This document shows positions 41,716-52,767 of a DNA stretch of 64,000 nucleotides, piece by piece. The stretch is from Candidatus Aminicenantes bacterium (GTDB lineage Bacteria; Acidobacteriota; Aminicenantia; Aminicenantales; Saccharicenantaceae), in contig CAVSEQ010000005.1 in NCBI GenBank assembly GCA_963727095.1, forward strand, positions 534,952 to 598,951. Direction: 5' to 3'. Numbering within the stretch: the first letter of the stretch is position 1; every line of letters starts with the position of its first letter. The notes under the pieces are model-generated. The model was not told the origin of the DNA. It worked only from the letters and a program-made list of their open reading frames with translations, and ran no database searches. The translations under genes and the position numbers were made by a program.

Positions 41716-43272
41716 TCATTTGACGTCCGCAACAGCGGCATTGAGCACCGCCTTCGATGTCCGGTCTTGAACGAAGAACGCGACGGCGAGCTTCGTTTTA
41801 TCGATAGCGTACATCTTGACAGGGAACGTAAAGGAATTCTGCTTCTCAAAGTCCGTCAGGAATTGGGCCGTCGCGGCCTCGACGGCCGGAACGCTCATCG
41901 CGAATTTTCCGGCCTTGAGGGCCTCTTCGGTCAGGGTGGCGAAGTCCCGGACGACCATCTTATGGAATAAGATGCCGTTCGAACCGCGGTACTTCACCTC
42001 CTTCTGAACGAGGACCAAGTTGAAGTCCGCACCTGTCACGGACTTGTCTGAAGTGAACTGGACGTTCACGAGGTCGCCTTGAAGAGAGGCCCGGACGGTG
42101 AGTTTGACTTGGGGGACATCAGCGACATGGGCGGCAACGGCGGCGCTGAACTCCTTAAATTTCTCTTCGGCCATGGCCCGGTTGCCGCCGCCGCTTTCGT
42201 TTTTCGTTCCGTCGAAGTACGGCGTCGGCGTCGCGGACACGCCGTAATCGGCGCGCCTCTTTCGCGTGCTGGGACACATCATGGGGTCGGGATTGGGAAT
42301 GGGAAGATGATACTCAAGGATGACAAGGACCCTAGGATCATAGGCCTCGAGCAGTCCATCGAAGGCCAGGTCGACGCCAAGGCAGGGCGGACATTCCGAC
42401 CCTGTGAAGAGCTCCGCCAGGACGGCTTTTCCAGCCCACTTGGCGGGGGGAAGGACCTTCGCCGCCTTGAACGGCAGCTCACGTTGTTGGGCTTCGACTT
42501 TAGCATCGAATCCATTGAGGTTTCCGTACATCTTCTGATAAAGGGCTTTGGCTTTGTCCAGCGAATCCCCATAATTTGCCCCCACGGCTACCAAATATCC
42601 TGCGAGGGCTTCCTTCTGACGCCCGAGAGCGGCATCCAGTTCGGCCTGTGTATAGGCATAGTCGCCGCTCTTGGCGCCGCCGTTCTTCAAATAGTCGGCC
42701 AGGGCCGGCGCCGCTTTGGCCGCATCCGCGTTGCCGAGATAAGCGATCGCTTCCACAAGGTAAAAGTTCGGCCAGTTTCTGTTCAGCACCGGAAGCTGTT
42801 CCGCGGCCAAGGACTTCTGGAACTCCGGATCGCGCGCCGTTTTGATCCCCTGCTCGCAGTAATCAAGCACGGCTTGGAGAAGCTTGCCCTTGTCGAATCG
42901 GGCAGCGTTGGGATGTTTGAGGAGCTGCCAGCTGAACGAATAAAGCAGCGAAATGCGATCGAACCCTTGCACGGAGTTGAGGACCGGCTCCTGGAGCTTG
43001 ACGACCTCGTCCGCAGACACGGCCATTTCGATCTTCACGAATTGAATGGCGCTGTTGAGCCTGCCAAGGTATTGGCTCGTCGGGTACGCGGCCTTGATCC
43101 TCTCCAGTTCTTTCAGCCTGGCAGCCGGGTCCTGGATCCGCAGCGCCTTCTGGATCTCCGCGACCTCAGGCGGCCGCCCTGCGGTCTGCGACTGCTGGGC
43201 CAGTGCAGGTATCGTCAGCGTAAGAAACAGACTAAAAATGACGGCGGCGCAGACGCACATCCGCAGATTCAT
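41716..43272 (-). CDS. Exported helical-repeat protein with thioredoxin-like CPPC domain
   Basis: Signal peptide; ELFTGSECPPC, LEYH..IP.PDP, ATP..FDG. Confidence 0.75.
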   Translation of the reverse strand: MNLRMCVCAAVIFSLFLTLTIPALAQQSQTAGRPPEVAEIQKALRIQDPAARLKELERIKAAYPTSQYLGRLNSAIQFVKIEMAVSADEVVKLQEPVLNSVQGFDRISLLYSFSWQLLKHPNAARFDKGKLLQAVLDYCEQGIKTARDPEFQKSLAAEQLPVLNRNWPNFYLVEAIAYLGNADAAKAAPALADYLKNGGAKSGDYAYTQAELDAALGRQKEALAGYLVAVGANYGDSLDKAKALYQKMYGNLNGFDAKVEAQQRELPFKAAKVLPPAKWAGKAVLAELFTGSECPPCLGVDLAFDGLLEAYDPRVLVILEYHLPIPNPDPMMCPSTRKRRADYGVSATPTPYFDGTKNESGGGNRAMAEEKFKEFSAAVAAHVADVPQVKLTVRASLQGDLVNVQFTSDKSVTGADFNLVLVQKEVKYRGSNGILFHKMVVRDFATLTEEALKAGKFAMSVPAVEAATAQFLTDFEKQNSFTFPVKMYAIDKTKLAVAFFVQDRTSKAVLNAAVADVK

Positions 43273-43357
43273 GGTGCGACCTCCATATCACGAATCGGGG
43301 GGCGGAATCGTCCGCCCCCCAGAACCACCTATCATAGCCGAAAACGGAGGATTCGCG

Positions 43358-44818
43358 CTACTTGGCCTCCGCGCCGGTCATCGGGTCCTTCAGTGCAATT
43401 CTGTGGACCTTGCCGAATTTGTCGAGCGGGCCGGGCCACTTATCGCTGCCTTTGTTGCAGGGATCCCAGTCGCCGACGATCATGATCGCAATGCTCTCGG
43501 GGTGAATGTACTTCCGCGCGGCCTCCTGGACCTTGGCCATCGTCACGGCCTTGATCCTGTCGCGGTAGGTTTTGTAATAATCCATCGGCTTGCCCGTCAT
43601 TTCGAGATTGGCGAAGCTCGACATCGTGGCCTGGGCCGTTTGGAAGGAATCGGCGAAGCTCTCGAGGTAAAAGTTGACGGCCGTCTCCATTTCCCCGTCG
43701 CTGACCGGCTCTTTGCGGATGCGATCCAGCTCGATGAGGATGAGCGAGATCGCATAGCCGACCGTGGCCGACTTCGTCTGCACGTAGCCGGAGAAGGTGC
43801 CGGGGAAACCCCAGCGGTAAGAGAATCGGCTGCCTTGATTATAGGACAGACCCTCGTTCGAGCGGACCTTGGTCGTGATCCGCGAAGAGAAGCTCCCTCC
43901 GCCCAAGATGAAATTCATGACCTGCACGGCGTAATAGTCGGGATTGGAGTCTTCGAGCCCGAGGTGCCCGAGGCTGATGTAGCCCTGGTTGGTGGCTTTC
44001 TGGATGAAATAGACGCCCGGCTCCACTTTGGGGAAGGTCCTGACGAGCGGCGGAAATTGAACGGCATGGTTCTTCCAGCCGGCCGCGAGCTTATTGATCT
44101 TGGCCTTGAGGTCGGCCTTGTTGAAGTCTCCCGAGACGGCCAGGATAATGTTCTTGGGAACAAAGTACGCGCTGTGCGCCGCCTTCAGGTCGGCCATGGT
44201 GATCCCATCATACGTGGCCTTGGTCGGTTCCCAGGTCAGCGGCTGGTCTCCGTAGAGGAGCCGCTCATATTCACGGTTGAGAACCGCACTCGGCTGGTCG
44301 TTGGCCTGGCGGAGCTGGTCGATAAGCCGGGCCTTGGCCAGCTTGACCGCGTCTTCCCGGAATTCGGGATTCATAAGGACGTCGAAGAACGTCGCCAGCC
44401 CCTCGTCGAGATCCTTGGACAGGACCGAGAGCGAAAGCTGAGAGGTCCGCTCGCCGACCATGAAATTCAGGGTTCCGCCGAGGAAATCGATCCGGTCCTC
44501 GATGGTCGACCCGTCCTTGGTCTTGGTCCCGCCCTTGATGAGGGTTCCCCCCATGAGATTCGAAAGGCCGGTCTTGTCTTTGGCGATGTCAAGAGCGCCG
44601 AAGTTGATAAGGGCCATGACGCTGATGAGAGGCAGGCTGTGGTCTTCCTGCACGTACGCCCGCAGCCCTCCGACATATTCGGTCCGGAAAGCCTTGGGGT
44701 CCGGCGGCTGGTAGTTGAGGGCGGGGTACTTGAGCTCGGACGGCCGGGTGGCCTGGGCCAGCCCCAGGGACGCGCAGAGAAGCGAAATCGCGAGAATAGT
44801 TATCAGTGTTCTTTTCAT
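43358..44818 (-). CDS. M16B peptidase, non-catalytic subunit (exported)
   Basis: EDHSLPLI, ILGGGSFSSR...VR..EGLSY; no HxxEH. Confidence 0.88.
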   Translation of the reverse strand: MKRTLITILAISLLCASLGLAQATRPSELKYPALNYQPPDPKAFRTEYVGGLRAYVQEDHSLPLISVMALINFGALDIAKDKTGLSNLMGGTLIKGGTKTKDGSTIEDRIDFLGGTLNFMVGERTSQLSLSVLSKDLDEGLATFFDVLMNPEFREDAVKLAKARLIDQLRQANDQPSAVLNREYERLLYGDQPLTWEPTKATYDGITMADLKAAHSAYFVPKNIILAVSGDFNKADLKAKINKLAAGWKNHAVQFPPLVRTFPKVEPGVYFIQKATNQGYISLGHLGLEDSNPDYYAVQVMNFILGGGSFSSRITTKVRSNEGLSYNQGSRFSYRWGFPGTFSGYVQTKSATVGYAISLILIELDRIRKEPVSDGEMETAVNFYLESFADSFQTAQATMSSFANLEMTGKPMDYYKTYRDRIKAVTMAKVQEAARKYIHPESIAIMIVGDWDPCNKGSDKWPGPLDKFGKVHRIALKDPMTGAEAK

Positions 44819-44829
44819 GGTCGTGCTCC

Positions 44830-46344
44830 TTACCGCCCCATCTTCCGCCGGTAGATGGCCGTGAGACTGTTGTCCTTCACGAGATACTTGGCCGCGACCC
44901 GCTTGATGTCGTCGTTCGTAACTTTCTTGAGGCTTTCAAGGTCCGTGAGGATCGAGCGCCAGCCGCGGCTGAGCTCGGCCCGGCCCACGCGGCCGGCCAG
45001 GCCCATCGTGCTCCCGAGGCTGCGGATGAAATTGGCTTCGGAGCGGTTTTTGGCCTTTTGGAGCTCGTCGGAGGTCACACCTTCGGCCTTGATTTTTTCG
45101 ACTTCGGCCCAGATCTCCTTCTCGAGATCTTCCGGCTTGACTCCTTTGTCGAACCGCGGCGTAGCGCTGAACTGGAATGCGCCGACATACCACTGCGGGC
45201 GGCTCGAGGCCGATGCGTTGACGGCCATTTCTTTATCCCGGACGAGGAGCTTGTACAGCCGGCCGGTGCCGCCTCCGCCGCCGCCAAAGCGCATGCCGCC
45301 CCCGCCCGAGCCGAGGATATCGGCCAGGATGGAGAGGGGCGCCGCGTCGGCCTGACCTTCCTGCGGGGTATGGAACATCATCTGCAGGCTGGTCGGCCCC
45401 GGGCCTTCTCCGTACATCCTTTTTTCGCTGTATTGGGGCGGTTCGCCGTCGCGGATGGGCTCGAGGTCGGGACCCTTGGGGATCCGCCCGAAGTATTTCT
45501 CGGCCATGGCGATGACCGCGGCCGGGTCAAAGTCCCCGACGTAGATCGCGACGCAGTTATTGGGAACATAGTAGCGGTTGTGGAAATCGATGAGATCCTG
45601 CTTCGTCATCTTCCGGATGTCATCCATCCAGCCGACGACTTCCCAATGATACGGCGAAGCGGCATAAAACGCGGCGTTGGCCTGCTCGGAGAAAAAGAAG
45701 CCGGGCTGGTTTTCGCTCAGCCTCCGCTCCTCCATGATGACATCTTTTTCGGAATAGAATTCGCGGAAGTAGGCGTTCAGCAACCGGTCCGACTCGAGCA
45801 GCATCTGGAGTTCGACTTTGTTGGAGGGCAGCGTGACATAATAGCCCGTCGTCTCCTGGCTGGTCGAGGCGTTGAGCGCTGTGCCGCCGTTCTTCATATA
45901 GAGGTTCCAGGCTTCGTCCTTGATGACGAACGGCTTTTCCGCGGCGATCTCCGTGTCGGCCTGCTTCTGGAGGGCATCGATCTTGGCTTTGTCGCCGCCG
46001 TCGGCCTTCCAGTACTTTTCGCGGTAGATTTGGATCATGAGTTCGTCGATCTGGCGGTCGATCGCCGCATCCTTCTCGAAGTCGGTGACGCCCATGACAT
46101 GCGTTCCTTTGAACATCATGTGTTCATGGACGTGGGCGATCCCGGTGATGCCGGGCCGCTCGTTGATGGAGCCGACCTTGAAATAGATGTGGCACACGAC
46201 GCGGGGCACTCCCGGCTTGGGGATCATGAGGATCCTCATGCCGTTCGGAAGGACGTGCTCCTTCACGTCCAGAGTGATCTCGCCCGCGACGGCAAAAGCA
46301 GCGAGAAACACCAGAGCCATGAGAGCTCGAACGATACGCTTCAT
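44830..46344 (-). CDS. M16B peptidase, catalytic subunit (exported)
   Basis: GIAHVHEHMMFKGT (HxxEH), NAST, EKDVIMEERR, YYVPNN. Confidence 0.9.
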   Translation of the reverse strand: MKRIVRALMALVFLAAFAVAGEITLDVKEHVLPNGMRILMIPKPGVPRVVCHIYFKVGSINERPGITGIAHVHEHMMFKGTHVMGVTDFEKDAAIDRQIDELMIQIYREKYWKADGGDKAKIDALQKQADTEIAAEKPFVIKDEAWNLYMKNGGTALNASTSQETTGYYVTLPSNKVELQMLLESDRLLNAYFREFYSEKDVIMEERRLSENQPGFFFSEQANAAFYAASPYHWEVVGWMDDIRKMTKQDLIDFHNRYYVPNNCVAIYVGDFDPAAVIAMAEKYFGRIPKGPDLEPIRDGEPPQYSEKRMYGEGPGPTSLQMMFHTPQEGQADAAPLSILADILGSGGGGMRFGGGGGGTGRLYKLLVRDKEMAVNASASSRPQWYVGAFQFSATPRFDKGVKPEDLEKEIWAEVEKIKAEGVTSDELQKAKNRSEANFIRSLGSTMGLAGRVGRAELSRGWRSILTDLESLKKVTNDDIKRVAAKYLVKDNSLTAIYRRKMGR

Positions 46345-46404
46345 TTTTGCATAAACCTCCTCAATTGTTTTAGACGCGCCTGGAGAAAGAAACTTCCTGG
46401 GCCG

Positions 46405-47523
46405 TCATAGATACTTTTTCCCGCCCGTCTTTTTGAGTGTCTCTACAATCTCTTTAACGCGTTGGTCTTCACGCGCCGAGCAGACCAGCAGGGCGTCATC
46501 GGTTTGAACGACGATGAGATCTTTGACGCCGACCAGGGCCGTCAGCCGGTCGGGATTGTAAACCAAGCAGCCTGTGGCGTCGAGGGCCAGCCCCTTGCCC
46601 CGGACGACATTGCCCGCCTCGTCCCGTTTCCAGATGTCGTACAAGGCAGACCACGCCCCGACATCGGACCAGCCGAAATCGCCCTCGCAGACCATGACAC
46701 CCTGGGCCTTTTCCATCAGGGCGTAATCGATCGAGACGGAGGGAATGTCCTCAAAGATGCGGCGCAGGGCGGACCGGTCGCGGGACGTCAACGCCTCGAG
46801 GGTCCTAGTCCAGAATCCGTAGAGGACCGGGGCGTAGGCCTTGAGATTTTCGGCGAACACGTCCGCCCGCCAGATGAACATGCCCGAGTTCCACGACGAA
46901 TCACCGGCGGCCAGGTATTTCTCAGCCAGGGCGAGCGGCGGTTTTTCCTTGAACGCCCGCACGGGATAAAAGACATCACGGCCGCGCTTGAAGGGCTTGT
47001 CCTTCGCGCAGCGGATGTAGCCATAGCCGGTGGCAGGAAACGTCGGCGTGATGCCGAACGTTACGATGCACCGTTTCTCAATCGCGACCTCCACGGCCGC
47101 GGCCAGCTTGTGCAGGAACTTCTTTGGCTCGCGGATAACATGGTCCGCGGGAAAGATGCCGACCGCGGCTTCCGGGTTGTCGAGGAAGATTTTGGCCGTC
47201 GCCAGCATGAGCGAGGGCGCCGTGTTTTTGGCCAGCGGCTCGACCACGAAGTTGGCCCGGGGAATCTGTGTGAAAATCTTCCGGAGCGACCGGGTTTGGC
47301 CGGCGTCGGCCACGGTCCACACGCGGTCCGTCCGGATCAGGGGCCGGAGGCGGCGCACCGTTTCTTCGATCATCGAAAGGCGGCTGATGATCGGCAGGAA
47401 CTGTTTCGGCCTGGCGGCCCGCCCGAGCGGCCAAAACCGCGTTCCCCTGCCTCCGGCCAGGATGACGGCCCTGACGTCGGGCCGGCCCTGAGGCGATTTC
47501 TTATTCTTGGCTCGTTCGTTCAT
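46405..47523 (-). CDS. manC: Mannose-1-phosphate guanylyltransferase
   Basis: ILAGGRGTRFWP, PKQF, FKEKP, WNSGMF, SIDYA, GWSDVGAW. Confidence 0.92.
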   Translation of the reverse strand: MNERAKNKKSPQGRPDVRAVILAGGRGTRFWPLGRAARPKQFLPIISRLSMIEETVRRLRPLIRTDRVWTVADAGQTRSLRKIFTQIPRANFVVEPLAKNTAPSLMLATAKIFLDNPEAAVGIFPADHVIREPKKFLHKLAAAVEVAIEKRCIVTFGITPTFPATGYGYIRCAKDKPFKRGRDVFYPVRAFKEKPPLALAEKYLAAGDSSWNSGMFIWRADVFAENLKAYAPVLYGFWTRTLEALTSRDRSALRRIFEDIPSVSIDYALMEKAQGVMVCEGDFGWSDVGAWSALYDIWKRDEAGNVVRGKGLALDATGCLVYNPDRLTALVGVKDLIVVQTDDALLVCSAREDQRVKEIVETLKKTGGKKYL

Positions 47524-48887
47524 GCGTTGCCGAGCCTCCGGATGGCGTTGCCGAGCACGTCCCTGACTTTCCTTTGGATATCGGTCAGGTCCTTTTCCGT
47601 GTCGGCCTCGAAACGGAGGACGATGACGGCCTGTGTATTGGAGGCCCGGACCAGTCCCCAGCCGGCTGGGAATTTCGCTCGCACGCCGTCGATGTCGATG
47701 ATGTCGTGGTCGGCAGCAAGGACACGCCGCACTTCGTCCACGATCCTGAATTTCACCTCGTCGGAGGCGTAGATGCGGATTTCGGGGGTGGTATAAGTCC
47801 GGGGGACGTCGTCCAGCATGCGGGAAAGCTTCTTTTCCGAGCGGGACATGATCTCGAGGAGCCGGGCCGAAGAGTAGACGGCATCGTCAAACCCGAACCA
47901 GCGGTCCGCAAAGAAGATGTGGCCGCTCATCTCACCGGCCAGGAGCGCCTTCTCCTCCTTAATTTTCTTTTTGATCAGGGAATGGCCGGTTTTCCACATG
48001 ATCGGCCGGCCGCCGAGTCTCGCGATCTCGTCGTAAAGAACCTTTGAGGCTTTGACCTCGGAAATGACGGCGGCCCCGGGATGCGACGGCAGGATGTCCC
48101 GGGCGAAGATGATCATGAGCTGATCGCCCCAGAGGATATGGCCTTCATCGTCCACGACGCCGAGACGGTCGGCGTCGCCGTCGTAAGCGATCCCGGCATC
48201 GGCCTTGATCTCACGGACCTTTCGGACGAGGTCGCCCATGGCTTCCGGCAGGGTCGGATCCGGGTGGTGGTGAGGGAATCGTCCGTCCATTTCGCAATAG
48301 AGCGGCTCGACCTCGAGCCCCATCCTCTCGAAGAGCGGAACGGCCACAGCGCCGCCCGTGCCGTTGCCGGCGTCCACAACGACCCGGAGCTTTCGACCGA
48401 TCGAGACGCGCTCCATAACGTCGTTCAGATACGAGGTCCGGATATCGAACAGCCGGACAGTTCCCCGGCCTTCGGCAAAGCGCCCTTTCTTGATGATCTC
48501 GTAGATCATCTGGATTTCGCGGCCGTACAGTGTTTCCTCGCCCGCCATCGCTTTGAACCCGTTGTGTTCCGGGGGATTGTGGGACCCGGTGATCATCACC
48601 CCGGCGTCCTTTTTCTGCGTATAGACGGTGAAATAAAGGAGCGGCGTTGGGACGACGCCGATGTCGGTCACTTCACAGCCTGTGGCGACAAGTCCTTTCA
48701 GCAGAGCCTCGTGGAAGGCCGGTGAGCTGAGGCGGCAGTCGCGCCCGAGGGCGACGGTTGTCCGGCCGCGTTCGCGGAAATACGTGCCGAACGCTTTGCC
48801 CAGGAGCTCGACAACGGCCTCGTCGAGATCTTCGCCGACGATCCCGCGGATGTCATATTCTCGAAAGATCTTCGGATTGATCTCCAT
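47520..48887 (-). CDS. Phosphomannomutase/phosphoglucomutase
   Basis: IFREYDIRG, ITGSHNP, DGDADR, GEMSGH, RASNT. Confidence 0.93.
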   Translation of the reverse strand: MEINPKIFREYDIRGIVGEDLDEAVVELLGKAFGTYFRERGRTTVALGRDCRLSSPAFHEALLKGLVATGCEVTDIGVVPTPLLYFTVYTQKKDAGVMITGSHNPPEHNGFKAMAGEETLYGREIQMIYEIIKKGRFAEGRGTVRLFDIRTSYLNDVMERVSIGRKLRVVVDAGNGTGGAVAVPLFERMGLEVEPLYCEMDGRFPHHHPDPTLPEAMGDLVRKVREIKADAGIAYDGDADRLGVVDDEGHILWGDQLMIIFARDILPSHPGAAVISEVKASKVLYDEIARLGGRPIMWKTGHSLIKKKIKEEKALLAGEMSGHIFFADRWFGFDDAVYSSARLLEIMSRSEKKLSRMLDDVPRTYTTPEIRIYASDEVKFRIVDEVRRVLAADHDIIDIDGVRAKFPAGWGLVRASNTQAVIVLRFEADTEKDLTDIQRKVRDVLGNAIRRLGNA

Positions 48888-48954
48888 GGTGGCTCCTTTG
48901 GGGAGAGTCATCGCTCCTGGGAGGCGGACGGGGGTGATCCCGCCTCGCATGGCG

Positions 48955-50577
48955 TCAAGCCGGGCATGTGCCGCCCTTTCTCAGGCGCCGGCGGGCATAG
49001 GTCGCCGCGATGAAGGCGCGGAAAAGGGGATGAGGTGCAAGCGGCTTCGACTTGAACTCCGGATGAAACTGGCAGCCGAGGAACCAGGGATGTCCCGGCG
49101 CCTCGGTGATCTCCACGAGTCCGTAGTCCGGATTCTTGCCGGAGAAGATCAGTCCCGCATCGGAAAGTTCCTTCTCGTACTGCGGGTTGAACTCATAGCG
49201 ATGCCGATGGCGCTCGGAAATCCTGGTCTTGCCATAGGCCTTGAAGGCGAGCGAGCCCTTCTTCAAGACGCAGGCGTATTGGCCGAGGCGCATGGTCCCA
49301 CCCATATCGAATTCCTTGCCGAGCTCGCGCCAGCGGACGACGATTTTATGGGGAGTCTCAGGGTCGAATTCGGTGCTGTTGGCATTGCTCAGTCCCGCCA
49401 CGGAGCGCGCGAATTCAATGACGGCGACTTGCATCCCCAGGCAAATCCCCAAGTAAGGGACCTTGTTTTCGCGGGCATATCCGGCCGCCCGGATTTTGCC
49501 CTCGATGCCCCTCGTCCCGAAGCCCCCGGGAACGAGGATGCCGTCTTTTTCCCCGAGAATCGCGGCGGGGTCACACGTCTCAATGTCTTCGGCCTCGATC
49601 CAGTCGATGTTGACTTTGAGGCTGTTGGCGATCCCGCCGTGGATGAGGGCTTGGTTGAGGCTCATGTAGGCGTCGTGCAGGCCCGCGTACTTGCCGACGA
49701 GGGCGATGTCCACCTCGTCCTTGCGGTTTCTGACCCGCTCTACAAGCGCCTCCCAAAGGGATATGTCCTTCTTCCGTCGCGGCAGCCGCAGCATCCTGAT
49801 GATGATGGCGTCCAGGCCTTCGGCCGCGAAGTTGAGCGGAATCTCGTAGATATTCTGCACGTCCCGAGCCGTGATGACGGCAGCGAGGGGCACGTTGGTG
49901 AACAAGGCGATTTTGGACTTGACGTCGTGCGAGAGCGGGCGGCCCGTGCGGCACAGCAGGATGTCCGGCTGAATCCCGATGGCCCGAAGCTCTTTCACGC
50001 TGTGTTGTGTTGGTTTGGTCTTGAGCTCGCCGGGAGTGCCTACGGACGGGATGAGCGTGAGGTGAACGAAAAGCGTATTGTCGGCGCCCAAGGCCAACCG
50101 CATCTGACGTGTGGCTTCGAGAAACGGCAGGCTCTCGATGTCGCCGACGGTCCCCCCGATCTCGCAGATGACCACGTCGTTGCCTGCGGCCACAGCATGA
50201 AAGGCCCGCTTGATTTCGTCCGTCACGTGCGGAATGACCTGAACCGTCTTCCCGAGATAGTCGCCCTTGCGCTCTTTCTTAATCAGGGACTCGTAAATCT
50301 TTCCCGCCGTCCAGTTGTGCGCCCGCGTCGTGCGGGTCGAAGTAAATCGTTCGTAATGGCCGAGGTCGAGGTCCGTCTCGGCGCCGTCGTCCGTCACGTA
50401 GACTTCGCCATGCTGGAAGGGGCTCATCGTGCCCGGATCCACGTTGAGATAAGGGTCGAACTTCTGGATCGTGATCTTGAAGCCGTGACTCTCGAGAAGC
50501 ATGCCGATCGACGCTGCGGCGATTCCCTTCCCCAGGCCCGAAATAACTCCGCCTGTTACGAAGATGTACTTAGTCAT
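48955..50577 (-). CDS. pyrG: CTP synthase
   Basis: [49 protein letters not shown]. Confidence 0.97.
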   Translation of the reverse strand: MTKYIFVTGGVISGLGKGIAAASIGMLLESHGFKITIQKFDPYLNVDPGTMSPFQHGEVYVTDDGAETDLDLGHYERFTSTRTTRAHNWTAGKIYESLIKKERKGDYLGKTVQVIPHVTDEIKRAFHAVAAGNDVVICEIGGTVGDIESLPFLEATRQMRLALGADNTLFVHLTLIPSVGTPGELKTKPTQHSVKELRAIGIQPDILLCRTGRPLSHDVKSKIALFTNVPLAAVITARDVQNIYEIPLNFAAEGLDAIIIRMLRLPRRKKDISLWEALVERVRNRKDEVDIALVGKYAGLHDAYMSLNQALIHGGIANSLKVNIDWIEAEDIETCDPAAILGEKDGILVPGGFGTRGIEGKIRAAGYARENKVPYLGICLGMQVAVIEFARSVAGLSNANSTEFDPETPHKIVVRWRELGKEFDMGGTMRLGQYACVLKKGSLAFKAYGKTRISERHRHRYEFNPQYEKELSDAGLIFSGKNPDYGLVEITEAPGHPWFLGCQFHPEFKSKPLAPHPLFRAFIAATYARRRLRKGGTCPA

Positions 50578-50609
50578 GGAGTGTTTCTTCCCATCGATTT
50601 CCAACCAGG

Positions 50610-50638
50610 ATTATATGCTTTGCCGCGCATCCGCTCAA
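50610..50638 (-). promoter_or_regulatory. Sigma70-like promoter for pyrG
   Basis: TTGAGC-17 bp-TATAAT. Confidence 0.55.
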
Positions 50639-50780
50639 GTGCACTGAATCGGCGGCCCGCGCGTAAATACTAGTTATCTTATAGGAATTGTAGGTAATAG
50701 CCGGGACCAGGCGGCTGCAACTGGGAATTTGGCTCCCTCCAATCCCACCCTTGAGCCGTCCCCTTACGGTCATCGTGGAT

Positions 50781-51170
50781 TCATCCGACGGCAGGTTCCT
50801 CGGTTCGGGCGTTCGGGGCGGGCACGGGCTGAGTCCGGCAACTGGCGTCCAAGAAGGCGCCTTCTTCTACAATCAGCCTCGGAGTGAGAATGGTCCCAGA
50901 GACGCGGCCTTTGTTGTGGATTTCAATCCGGTCGGTTGCCTGGAGCGTTCCTTTGATCTCTCCATTGATCACCAATTGCCCGACCTTGACGTCCGCCTCG
51001 ACTCTGCCCCTTTCTCCGATAACGAGCAGAGATTCGGAAGTAATAGTCCCCTTAAAACTTCCTTCGATCCGGAAGGACCCTTTAAAGGTGAGGTCGCCGT
51101 TGAACTCAGACTCCATGTCGATGAGGCCGGCCAGCTTGGCTTCGTCCATTTCTCTCGGCTTGTCTTTCAT
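50781..51170 (-). CDS. Bactofilin (polymer-forming cytoskeletal protein)
   Basis: FNGDLTF.GSFRIEGSFKGTI...VEADV...INGEIKG...VSGTI...LIVEEGA. Confidence 0.9.
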   Translation of the reverse strand: MKDKPREMDEAKLAGLIDMESEFNGDLTFKGSFRIEGSFKGTITSESLLVIGERGRVEADVKVGQLVINGEIKGTLQATDRIEIHNKGRVSGTILTPRLIVEEGAFLDASCRTQPVPAPNARTEEPAVG

Positions 51171-52015
51171 AGAGCGGCTCCTTTGACTCTATCATAAATT
51201 CGGTTGAGGTCATCGAGGGAAAAGTAATAGATCTTTAAAACTCCTTTGCTCCGGCTGCCGGAGATAAGGACTTTGGTGCCGAGGATTTTCAGCATCTCTT
51301 CCTGAAGTGCGTGGAGGTCGGGGTCCTCGAGACGCCTCTGGCTGCGAGGAGGCCTTTCCTTCATCCTATTGACCAGGTTTTCCGTATTCCGCACGGAAAG
51401 GCTTTTATCTATGATCTGCCGGCAGGCGTAGAGCTGGGCGGCCACGTCTTCGAGGGCAAGCAGTGCCCTGGCATGCCCCATCGAGAGCGCTCCGTTGTTG
51501 ACATGGTCCTGGATCTCTGCCGGAAGCTTGAGCAAACGAAGATAGTTCGTTACGGAGGTCCTGTCCTTGCCGACCTTTTCCGCCACATCCTGTTGGGTAT
51601 AATGTTGCTCGTCGATGAGCCTTTGGTAGGCGAACGCGATTTCCAAGGGATTTAGCTCTTCCCTGTGCAGGTTTTCGATCAAAGAGACCTCGAGCTGCTT
51701 CTCCTTCGGGATGTTGCGGATAAGGACGGGCAACTTTCTCAGCCCGGCTTTCTGGGCGGCCCGCCACCGCCTCTCCCCGACAATGATTTTGTAATGATCC
51801 TCTTCCGGGACAACGATAACAGGCTGCACGACGCCCGACTCCTTGATCGACAACGCCAGTTCTTCAATGGTTTGGTCGTCGAATCTCATCCGTGGCTGGA
51901 ATGGATTCGGCCGGACCTCGTCGATTTCCACTTCGGCAAAACGTTCTTCCTTAAAAATGCCGAATTCGTCGGGGATGAATGCGCCCAACCCCTTTCCCAA
52001 AGCTTTCTTGTTCAT
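51167..52015 (-). CDS. parB: Chromosome partitioning protein ParB
   Basis: ALGKGL, PNPFQPR, GERRWRA, ENLHRE.L, GHARALL. Confidence 0.96.
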   Translation of the reverse strand: MNKKALGKGLGAFIPDEFGIFKEERFAEVEIDEVRPNPFQPRMRFDDQTIEELALSIKESGVVQPVIVVPEEDHYKIIVGERRWRAAQKAGLRKLPVLIRNIPKEKQLEVSLIENLHREELNPLEIAFAYQRLIDEQHYTQQDVAEKVGKDRTSVTNYLRLLKLPAEIQDHVNNGALSMGHARALLALEDVAAQLYACRQIIDKSLSVRNTENLVNRMKERPPRSQRRLEDPDLHALQEEMLKILGTKVLISGSRSKGVLKIYYFSLDDLNRIYDRVKGAAL

Positions 52016-52767
52016 CTCTGCAGAATCTCCTCTGCCAGATTTAGGTATGCCTCTGCCCCTTTAGATTTTATATCATAAAGGACTATGGGTTTTCCAAAAC
52101 TCGGCGCTTCGGCCAGCCGAACACTCCTGGGGACGATGGACTCGAAGAGAATGCTCTTCAGGGATTTGCGTATCTCTTCGGCAACTTGTTTCGATAAATT
52201 CGTCCTCTCGTCATACATCGTCAGCACGATGCCCTCGATGGCGAGCTTTGGATTGAAGTAGGTTCGGACGGTCTCCAGGGTCTGAAAGAGATCGGGAATG
52301 CCTTCCATACAAAAGAACTCCGTCTGAACCGGGATAATCAAAGAATCGGCCGCGGACAAGGCGTTGATGGTCAGGAATCCGAGCGACGGCGGACAGTCTA
52401 TGATCATAAAATTGAAATACCGGCGCTGTTTTTCCAGGGCCTCTAGCAGCTTTTTTTCTCTGTGCTCGGCCGCATAGAGTTCGGCCTCCGCTCCGGCCAT
52501 TTCGGGCGAGCAGGGGCAGAGATAGAAGTTTTCGAGTTCGGTCCCCTGGACGCAGTCCATCAGGTCCTTGCCGTTCATCAGGGCCTGATAGATGCCCTTA
52601 CCGGGCTCTTTTGGCTTGCCTAGGCCAAGAGTGGACATTCCCTGGGGATCGAAATCGATGAGCAGAGTCCGTCTATTCTTAAGGGCAAGGCAGGCGGAAA
52701 GGTTGATGGCTGTGGTGGTTTTTCCGACCCCGCCTTTCTGATTGGCAACCGCGATTACTTTATTCAT
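52012..52767 (-). CDS. parA: Chromosome partitioning ATPase ParA/Soj
   Basis: [30 protein letters not shown]. Confidence 0.96.
   Translation of the reverse strand: MNKVIAVANQKGGVGKTTTAINLSACLALKNRRTLLIDFDPQGMSTLGLGKPKEPGKGIYQALMNGKDLMDCVQGTELENFYLCPCSPEMAGAEAELYAAEHREKKLLEALEKQRRYFNFMIIDCPPSLGFLTINALSAADSLIIPVQTEFFCMEGIPDLFQTLETVRTYFNPKLAIEGIVLTMYDERTNLSKQVAEEIRKSLKSILFESIVPRSVRLAEAPSFGKPIVLYDIKSKGAEAYLNLAEEILQR

Noticed and set aside
43046-44854. Long antisense ORFs (also 48661-50673, 16209-17576, 5709-6941)
   Set aside because: Shadows of well-supported genes in GC-rich DNA, with no recognisable motifs.
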